41,426 nt of DNA from an uncultured bacterium (GTDB lineage: Bacteria; Bacillota_I; Bacilli_A; RF39; UBA660): NCBI GenBank assembly GCA_949288625.1, contig CASEKZ010000033.1, positions 1 through 41,426 of the forward strand. Reading direction: 5' to 3'. Under the pieces are notes generated by a model. That model had not been told where the DNA came from. It was given only the letters and a program-made list of their open reading frames with translations, and ran no database searches. The position numbers were made by a program, and so were the translations under genes. Numbering within the stretch: the stretch's first letter is position 1; every line of letters begins with the position of its first letter. Positions 35,462-41,426 of the stretch are shown piece by piece.

Positions 35462-36583
35462 TTAATAAGTTTTTATTGGTAAAATAAGTTGTAATAAACT
35501 ATCATCATCTTCATCTAAAATGATAATTGGTTTTATATCACTATTAAAGTTTAATATAACGTTTTTACTTTCTATTGTTTTAATTGCATCCATCATATAT
35601 TTTGAAGAAAAAGCAATTTTTATATTTTCTGCGTTATTTTTATCAACGGTTATTTTTTCTTCTACCTTTCCTATTTCTGGAGAATTAGAAGATATAATAA
35701 CATCACTATCATCAGATTCAAATTTAATAATGTTTTTATCTTTTTCACTAGTTAACAAAGAAGCTCTATCTATTACATTATAAAATTCATTAGTATTAGT
35801 TTTTATTGAAAGCAAAAACGATTCAGGAATTAATCTTTCTACATCAGGAAACGTTCCACTTAAAACTCTTGTTTGAAATAAAATATTATCAAACTTAAAC
35901 AAAACTTTATTATTAAATACGTGCATTTCTATATTTGAATCAGTATCTTCTAATATTTTAGTTAATTCCATAAGATTTTTACCTGGAATTACTATATTTA
36001 TATCTTCTTCTGATTTATTATTTAACATAATGTATTTTTTAGCCAAACGATATGAATCGGTTGCAATACATTCTAATTTATCTTTGTTAATTTTAAAATT
36101 TATACCCGTTAATATAGGTCTTGTTTCTTGCGATGAAACCGCAAAAGAAGTTTTTGATATTAAGGTTTTAAAATCATCTTTTTTAAGTATTATTGGTTGT
36201 TTTTTTTCTTCTAAATTCAAGTTAGGAAATTCATTATCATCCATACAATTTAAATTAAATTCAGAATTTCCACAAGAAATTAAAACTTTTATTCCATCTA
36301 ATAATTCTATATTAACTATTCTTCCTTCCAATTTTCTTATTATTTCTAATATATATTTTCCTTGAATTACCGTACACCCAGTATCATCTATTTTTTCTAA
36401 TTGATCTTTATCAATAAAAGATTCTATACTAATATCATTATCACTTGCACTTAAAAATAAGCCATTATTTGTTAAGTTAAACTTTATACCAGATAAAATA
36501 GGTATTAAATTTTTATTAGATAACGCTTTACTAACAGCGTTTAAGCCTTGTAATAAAATTTCTTTTTTTATACTAAATTTCAT
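35462..36583 (-). CDS. dnaN: DNA polymerase III beta sliding clamp
   Basis: 373 aa. MKFSIKKEILLQGLNAVSKALS.. with typical three-domain length. Directly after dnaA and oriC. AAAGGAG SD. Confidence 0.96.
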   Translation of the reverse strand: MKFSIKKEILLQGLNAVSKALSNKNLIPILSGIKFNLTNNGLFLSASDNDISIESFIDKDQLEKIDDTGCTVIQGKYILEIIRKLEGRIVNIELLDGIKVLISCGNSEFNLNCMDDNEFPNLNLEEKKQPIILKKDDFKTLISKTSFAVSSQETRPILTGINFKINKDKLECIATDSYRLAKKYIMLNNKSEEDINIVIPGKNLMELTKILEDTDSNIEMHVFNNKVLFKFDNILFQTRVLSGTFPDVERLIPESFLLSIKTNTNEFYNVIDRASLLTSEKDKNIIKFESDDSDVIISSNSPEIGKVEEKITVDKNNAENIKIAFSSKYMMDAIKTIESKNVILNFNSDIKPIIILDEDDDSLLQLILPIKTY

Positions 36584-36724
36584 TTTAATTCTCCTTTATA
36601 TATTATGTATTTTTATTATTACTGTGGAAAATGTGGATAACTTTAAAATTTGTTTTAAAATAATACAAAAATCACTATTTATATTCCACAAGATAAGTTG
36701 AAAAATTAATTTTAATCCACAAGT
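36584..36724. other. oriC, dnaA-dnaN spacer part (DnaA boxes plus AT-rich tract)
   Basis: Two abutting boxes TGTGGAAAA (36623-36631) and TGTGGATAA (36632-36640, perfect). Degenerate boxes TATTCCACA (36682-36690) and TAATCCACA (36713-36721). The surrounding sequence is extremely AT-rich. The position is equivalent to B. subtilis incC/DUE. Confidence 0.75.
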
Positions 36725-38074
36725 TTATATTTTACTTTTTAAAGCTTCAAGAATGGTTTTAAACTGTGGATTAATTTTTATTTCATTTTCGATTTTATCA
36801 ACGGAATGCATAATCGTTGAATGATCTCTTCCACCAAATTGAATTCCTATTTTTGGAAAAGATTCATCAGTTAACGTTCTACATAAGTAAATTGCTACCT
36901 GTCTTGGAAAAGCAATACTAGCCTTTCTTTTTTTAGATTTTAAATCCTCTACCGTTATGTTATAATATTCTGCCACAATTTGCTGAATTTTTTGAATATT
37001 ATTTTTTGTAAATGAAGATTTTGATAAGTAATCTTTTAAAGCATCGATTGCTAGGTTTAAGTTTATGTTACTTGTGTTAAACATAGTTGCATAAGCGATA
37101 ACCCTAGTTAATGCTCCTTCTAATTGTCTTACGTCTGAATCACAATTATTAGCTATATAAGCTATAACATCATCATTAATTGTTCCATCCATGTTTTGAC
37201 CAATTATTTTTTTTCTTAGAATTTCTACCCTCATTTCATAATCAGGTGGATAAATGTTAACACTTAATCCCCAATTAAATCTTGTTCTTAACCTATCTTC
37301 TAATTTTTTTAAATCATCAGGTGATCTATCTGATGATATTATTATTTGCTTATTATCATCATACAAGTTGTTGAAAGTATTAAAAAATTCTTGTTGAGTT
37401 TGTGTTGCTCCACCTAAAAACTGAATATCATCAATAATTAAAACGTCTACCCCACGATATTTATTCTTAAAACTATCTATGTAGCTAAAATTGGTACCTG
37501 ATTCATCTTTCTTATTAATATTAAGAAAATCTGATATAAATTGTTCACTAGTTACGTATAAAACTTTTTTATTTGAGTTTTCAATGATGTAGTTTCCAAT
37601 TGCGTGCATAAGATGAGTTTTCCCTAATCCGCTATTTCCGTATAAAAATAATGGATTATAAGTTTTTCCAGGATTTTCTGCCACTGAAACTGATGCCATG
37701 TAAGCAAATTTATTACTTTCTCCTACTATAAAAGAATCAAAAGTATACTTTGCATTTAAATTAGATTTTTCAGGAGTATTTAATGGTACCCCTATGTTTT
37801 CCACAGAAATTTTAACGTTATTTTTAATTTCATCTTCAAAAACAAATTCAAAATCAAAGCTTGTATTTGTTATTTCACTAAAAACATCTGATATTGTTTG
37901 ATACCAAGTTTCTTGTAAACTCTTTTTTTGAAGCGGTGAATCAACAAGTATTTTAGCTATGTTGTTATCAAGTGATACTAATTTGGTATTTTTAAACCAG
38001 GTATCATATGACAATGAAGATATTCTTGGTTTAATTTTTTCTAGGAAATTAAGCCATAGATTATCTATGTTCAT
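36725..38074 (-). CDS. dnaA: Chromosomal replication initiator protein DnaA
   Basis: GNSGLGKTHLMHAIGN, LIIDDIQFL, domain IV FGGRDHSTIMHSVDKI. Start at ATG 38074 (MNIDNLWLNFLEKIK) with an AAAGGAGG SD. The track ORF extension to 38185 crosses DnaA boxes. Confidence 0.97.
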   Translation of the reverse strand: MNIDNLWLNFLEKIKPRISSLSYDTWFKNTKLVSLDNNIAKILVDSPLQKKSLQETWYQTISDVFSEITNTSFDFEFVFEDEIKNNVKISVENIGVPLNTPEKSNLNAKYTFDSFIVGESNKFAYMASVSVAENPGKTYNPLFLYGNSGLGKTHLMHAIGNYIIENSNKKVLYVTSEQFISDFLNINKKDESGTNFSYIDSFKNKYRGVDVLIIDDIQFLGGATQTQQEFFNTFNNLYDDNKQIIISSDRSPDDLKKLEDRLRTRFNWGLSVNIYPPDYEMRVEILRKKIIGQNMDGTINDDVIAYIANNCDSDVRQLEGALTRVIAYATMFNTSNINLNLAIDALKDYLSKSSFTKNNIQKIQQIVAEYYNITVEDLKSKKRKASIAFPRQVAIYLCRTLTDESFPKIGIQFGGRDHSTIMHSVDKIENEIKINPQFKTILEALKSKI

Positions 38075-38553
38075 AATAACCTCCTTTCCCCCTATAAATG
38101 AGTTATTTGTATATATTTTATCAAAAAAATTGTGGAAAAACAACGTATAAAGTTTAATAATTAATTTTCCACAATAGTTTTCCACAAGAAAAAAACAATT
38201 ATTTCAACAAAATATGACATTATTAACTTTTCCACAAAAAAAATAAATGTTGATAAAATAATTAACACATAAAAGTTATCCACAATATGTTTAAAATTGT
38301 TTTATTATATAAAAATAAACCATTTTTTTATTAAATTTTGTGGAAAACTATGTTAATAATTTTATTTTTTATTTTTACAATATTAATAACCTGTGGAAAA
38401 GTATGATTTATTAATAATCATAGTTTGTCTTTAAGTTGTATAACTTTTTCATATCTATATATGCATATGAAAACTTACGTTATATTAATTGGTAATATTT
38501 CTGATAAAAATTAATAATTATAACTGTATATATATAACTGTATATAAAAAAGG
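38075..38553. other. oriC, upstream-of-dnaA DnaA-box cluster and AT-rich region
   Basis: Boxes: TGTGGAAAA at 38131-38139, 38339-38347 and 38392-38400; TTTTCCACA at 38165-38173, 38178-38186 and 38228-38236; perfect TTATCCACA at 38276-38284. An AT-rich tract follows up to the rpmH promoter. Confidence 0.85.
38519..38546 (+). repeat. Perfect tandem 14-mer (TATAACTGTATATA x2) abutting the rpmH -35
   Basis: Copies at 38519-38532 and 38533-38546 are identical, and the repeat ends 7 nt before TTGACA. Confidence 0.8.
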
Positions 38554-38582
38554 TTGACAATTAACATAATAAAACGTATAAT
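38554..38582 (+). promoter_or_regulatory. Consensus sigma-A promoter of rpmH
   Basis: TTGACA (38554-38559), a 17-nt spacer, then TATAAT (38577-38582). GGAGGTGG SD at 38603-38610. Confidence 0.8.
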
Positions 38583-38615
38583 ATTCGTGTTTAAAAAGAG
38601 CTGGAGGTGGATTAA

Positions 38616-38744
38616 ATGAAAAGACCTTTTCAACCAAATAATAATAAAAGAAAAAAGAAACATGGTTTTTTTGCAAGAAAATTAGCTGGAACAGGTATTA
38701 TTAATAAAAGAAGAGCAAAAAAACGTGAGAAATTATCAGCATAA
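38616..38744 (+). CDS. rpmH: 50S ribosomal protein L34
   Basis: Not in the ORF track (42 aa). [42 protein letters not shown] fits the L34 consensus (MKRT[FY]QP...R...HGFR.RM.T..G...L..RR.KGR..L). Upstream of rnpA. Confidence 0.95.
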   Translation: MKRPFQPNNNKRKKKHGFFARKLAGTGIINKRRAKKREKLSA

Positions 38745-38746
38745 TT

Positions 38747-38772
38747 CCACTTATTTAAATAAGTGGTTTTTT
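38747..38772 (+). terminator. Intrinsic terminator/attenuator between rpmH and rnpA
   Basis: CCACTTATTTAAATAAGTGG (a 20-nt palindrome, giving a stem of about 8 bp) followed by TTTTTT, 3 nt after the rpmH stop. Confidence 0.7.
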
Positions 38773-38801
38773 GTTATATTCTTATAAAGAGGTGAGTTGT
38801 T

Positions 38802-39116
38802 TTGAAGAAAATAAACATAGTTAAAGAAAAAAAAGATTTTGATAGGGCTTTTAAGCTTAATAATCAAAAAAAATCAAAATATGCCTTTTTATATACATGT
38901 AATTCTAAAAATAATTATCGATTTGGTATTTGTGTTTCAAAAAAACTAGGTAATGCGGTAACTAGAAATAAGCTAAAACGCCAAATAAAGGATATTATAG
39001 ACAAATCAAAGTTGCATTTTGAAAACAAAGATTATATAATTGTATTAAAGAAAAGTGCTGTTGGTACTGAGTATTTAAAATTAAAAGAAGATATACTTAA
39101 TCTTTTAGAAAAATAA
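38802..39116 (+). CDS. rnpA: Ribonuclease P protein component
   Basis: KKLGNAVTRNKLKRQIKD (RNR-like motif). 104 aa. TTG start with an AAAGAGGTGAG SD. Located between rpmH and yidC. Confidence 0.9.
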   Translation: MKKINIVKEKKDFDRAFKLNNQKKSKYAFLYTCNSKNNYRFGICVSKKLGNAVTRNKLKRQIKDIIDKSKLHFENKDYIIVLKKSAVGTEYLKLKEDILNLLEK

Positions 39117-39138
39117 AATGAATAGGAGATAAAAATAA

Positions 39139-40122
39139 ATGAAAAAACTAAAAAAAATAATCATAGTTTTTTTACTGTTTTTTTTACTTTCTGGTTGTAC
39201 GAAACAGCTAGTGGTTGAAAAGACTAATGATGATGGTAAAAAAACAGAAGTAGTTGTTAAATATGATGAGGGTAAAAACGCAACGGGGCAAACACTAACA
39301 GAAAATATACTATGTAGTCCAAGTGATAAAGATTTAGTTAATATATATAACAAAAATGGAGTAGATACAGATAAAATCGTTAGTTGTGAAAAATTTAAAC
39401 CATCGTTAAATAATGATGAGGGAATATGGGATAATATCTTTGTAAAACCACTGGCATGGGTAATTTTAAAATTAGGATATTTAGTTAAAAACTTCGGTTT
39501 GGCTGTTATTTTAGCAGGCTTAGTTATAAGATTAATTTTATATCCGGTAACTAAAAAAACCGCAATGCAATCAGAAAATTTAAAAAAAGCACAACCTGAA
39601 TTACAAAAACTAGAAAAAAAATATGCTAACAAAGCTGATGATCAACAAGCAATGCTTCAAAAGAGTCAAGAGATGATGGCAATTTATAAAAAATATAATA
39701 TTTCGTTATTTTCAGGATGCATAATTGCCTTTATACAATTACCTTTGTTTATTGCGTTTTTAGAAGCTATAAATAGAACACCTGCAATTTTTGAAGGACA
39801 TTTTTTAGGTTTACAGTTAGGAACAACGCCATGGTTTGCCTTAAGTCAAGGTAGTTGGTGGTATGTTATAATACCAATAATCGTATTTTTAGTAACATTC
39901 TTCTCATTTAAATTTACACGAAATGATGTGACGAATGATTCTAATCCAGCAGCTGGATCTACTAAGATAATGATGAATGTAATGGTAGTAGTTATAACGA
40001 TAAGCTCATTTCAATTATCAACCGCAATTGGTTTATACTGGATAACTTCAAGTTTGTTTACTATCATTCAAAACTTATTAGTGGCAAGAGGTGGTAATAG
40101 TGCTAAAATTAAAAAGTTATAA
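39139..40122 (+). CDS. yidC: Membrane protein insertase YidC/SpoIIIJ (lipoprotein type)
   Basis: Lipobox LLSGC. RLILYPVTKKTAMQSENLKKAQPELQKLEKKY and polytopic C-terminal part LYWITSSLFTIIQN. Confidence 0.93.
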   Translation: MKKLKKIIIVFLLFFLLSGCTKQLVVEKTNDDGKKTEVVVKYDEGKNATGQTLTENILCSPSDKDLVNIYNKNGVDTDKIVSCEKFKPSLNNDEGIWDNIFVKPLAWVILKLGYLVKNFGLAVILAGLVIRLILYPVTKKTAMQSENLKKAQPELQKLEKKYANKADDQQAMLQKSQEMMAIYKKYNISLFSGCIIAFIQLPLFIAFLEAINRTPAIFEGHFLGLQLGTTPWFALSQGSWWYVIIPIIVFLVTFFSFKFTRNDVTNDSNPAAGSTKIMMNVMVVVITISSFQLSTAIGLYWITSSLFTIIQNLLVARGGNSAKIKKL

Positions 40123-40723
40123 ATATGAAGGAAAAAATAGTGAAGAATTATTAAATAAGGCATTAAATGAACTTAATGCATCTACTACAGAAGTTTATTA
40201 TAATGTTAAAGAAGAACAATCAGGAGGAATATTTAAATCAAAAAAATATTCTTTAGTGGTATCATTAAAAGATGATGTAATTGAATATATAAAGTCGTAT
40301 TTGAAAGATATAACAGATTTAATGGGTATAAAAGTGGATTTTGAAATTTCAAAAAGAGAAAATTATATTAAAGTAAATATGATATCTGATAATAATGCTA
40401 TTTTAATAGGTAAAAATGGTAGAACGATGAAATCTTTACAATCACTTTTAAGACAATCTATTCAAAGTAAATTAGGAATAAAAATAAATATTATTATTGA
40501 TGCTAATGGTTATAAAGAAAAGCAAGAAAAAAACATTGAAAGACTTGCACTTAAATTAGCAAAAGAAGTAAGAAAAACAAAAGTAGAAGTTAAAATGGAT
40601 AGTATGAATTCTTATGAAAGAAGATTAGTTCATAACGTTCTTACGAATTTTAAGGGTGTAACGACGATAAGCGAAGGTGAAGAGCCTAATAGGTACGTAG
40701 TTATTAAACCAACAGAGGAATAA
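40100..40723 (+). CDS. jag: Jag/KhpB RNA-binding protein (Jag_N, KH, R3H)
   Basis: KH-like LIGKNGRTMKSLQSLLR and R3H ERRLVHNVLTNFKGVTTISEGEEPNRYVVIKP. Probable GTG start at 40100 with an AGAGGTGG SD; the track start is 40091. Confidence 0.9.
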   Translation: MLKLKSYKYEGKNSEELLNKALNELNASTTEVYYNVKEEQSGGIFKSKKYSLVVSLKDDVIEYIKSYLKDITDLMGIKVDFEISKRENYIKVNMISDNNAILIGKNGRTMKSLQSLLRQSIQSKLGIKINIIIDANGYKEKQEKNIERLALKLAKEVRKTKVEVKMDSMNSYERRLVHNVLTNFKGVTTISEGEEPNRYVVIKPTEE

Positions 40724-40778
40724 AATATATTTCTCTTTTTTTATGATATAATAAATGAAACGAAGGGTGTGATTAGTT

Positions 40779-41426
40779 ATGAATGATACGATTGTTGCAA
40801 TATCAACAGCTTTAGGCGAGGGTGCTATATCAATTATAAGAGTATCAGGCGATGACGCTATAAAAATAGTAAACAGCGTATTTAAAGGAAAAGATTTAGA
40901 TAAAGTAGAGTCCCATACCATAAATTATGGTCACATTGTTTATAAAGATGAAATAATTGATGAGGTATTAGTTAGTGTAATGAAATCACCTAAAACTTAT
41001 ACTAAAGAAGATGTCATAGAAATAAATACCCATGGATCAGTTGCGGTAGTAAATAAGATAATGGAAATACTGCTTTTATCAGGCTGCAAGTTAGCAGAAC
41101 CAGGCGAATTTACTAAAAGAGCATTTTTAAATGGTAGAATAGATTTAACTGAAGCGGAAGGAGTAATGGATTTAATAAATTCTGAAACAGAACTAACAAG
41201 AAAAATGGCTGTTAATGAGTTGTCTGGTAAAGTATCAAAACTCATCAATGATTTAAGAGAAAAAATAGTAGCTTTAATTTCTAATATAGAGGTAAACATT
41301 GATTATCCTGAATATGAAGATATAGAAGTGGTAACAATAGATAGAATTAAAAAAGAAGTTAAAGAAATGAAAGAAGAATTAACTAAAATTCTAAAATTAT
41401 CAGAAGATGGAAAAATATTAAAAGAT
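40779..41426 (+). CDS. mnmE: tRNA modification GTPase MnmE, N-terminal 216 codons (runs off the right edge)
   Basis: Not in the ORF track (no stop in the window). MNDTIVAISTALGEGAISIIRVSGDDA.. and ..PGEFTKRAFLNGRIDLTEAEGVMDLI are typical MnmE N-domain motifs. Follows jag. Confidence 0.93.
   Translation, partial: MNDTIVAISTALGEGAISIIRVSGDDAIKIVNSVFKGKDLDKVESHTINYGHIVYKDEIIDEVLVSVMKSPKTYTKEDVIEINTHGSVAVVNKIMEILLLSGCKLAEPGEFTKRAFLNGRIDLTEAEGVMDLINSETELTRKMAVNELSGKVSKLINDLREKIVALISNIEVNIDYPEYEDIEVVTIDRIKKEVKEMKEELTKILKLSEDGKILKD

Noticed and set aside
22346-36365. Other plus-strand track ORFs inside mfd, yabB, holB, recR, ybaB, dnaX, tadA, gyrA, gyrB, recF, comK and dnaN
   Set aside because: Each overlaps, in antisense, a minus-strand gene with strong conserved motifs. 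None has an SD or a recognisable domain.
38075-38185. 37-codon N-terminal extension of dnaA in the track
   Set aside because: It runs through the DnaA boxes at 38131-38139 and 38165-38186. The conserved DnaA N-terminus starts at ATG 38074, which has an AAAGGAGG SD.
39105-39632. 175-aa minus-strand ORF
   Set aside because: It is antisense to the clearly conserved yidC gene, has low-complexity Phe/Ser/Leu-rich content and has no SD. It is a typical shadow ORF in AT-rich DNA.
40625-41299. Two minus-strand ORFs (98 and 100 aa)
   Set aside because: They are antisense to jag and to the open-ended mnmE gene, whose N-terminal motifs are unambiguous on the plus strand.
1-41426. CRISPR arrays, rRNA/tRNA genes, riboswitches/T-boxes, prophage or toxin-antitoxin modules
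   Set aside because: No spaced direct repeats, no rRNA/tRNA-like conserved stretches, and no suitable long structured leaders other than the ribosomal-protein leaders were seen. All intergenic gaps longer than 100 nt are accounted for above.

Overview
This window is the chromosomal replication-origin region of a very AT-rich, endospore-forming Bacillota (Firmicutes) genome. I cannot place the genus from sequence alone. oriC is bipartite, with DnaA-box clusters at about 38075-38553 and 36584-36724 flanking dnaA. Every gene to the left of oriC is on the minus strand (dnaA-dnaN-comK-recF-gyrB-gyrA-SRP RNA-tadA-dnaX-ybaB-recR-bofA-holB-yaaT-yabB-pth-mfd-spoVT-tatD-3D protein-rsmA-yabG-veg ... spoVG-yabP-yabQ-divIC-mrnC-rlmB-sigH-secE-nusG-rplK-rplA-rplJ-rplL ... 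ybxB-rpoB). Every gene to the right is on the plus strand (rpmH-rnpA-yidC-jag-mnmE). The order is a compacted and partly rearranged copy of the Bacillus subtilis origin-proximal map. No rRNA, tRNA, CRISPR array, transposase or integrase was seen. Five things stand out against this conserved backbone. (1) A 7-kb two-gene surface-protein cassette sits between veg and spoVG: a roughly 1570-aa N-terminally anchored multi-Ig/SdrD-B/DUF11-like protein, translationally coupled to a 762-aa thioester-domain adhesin with Cna-B/SpaA-type repeats. The adhesin has a C-terminal anchor but no LPXTG motif, and no sortase is nearby. (2) Four parS (ParB/Spo0J) sites cluster within 1.8 kb. Two bracket the SRP RNA-tadA unit. 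Two lie 60 bp apart inside the dnaX linker-coding region and flank an A8 run. (3) A ComK-family gene replaces yaaA between dnaN and recF, with a consensus DnaA box in its upstream region. (4) An orphan protein-kinase-like gene with its own promoter lies between rplL and ybxB. (5) A short, Alu-less SRP RNA occurs in a genome that carries sporulation genes. All functional calls rest on my reading of the translated ORFs, conserved motifs and synteny; no database search was run.
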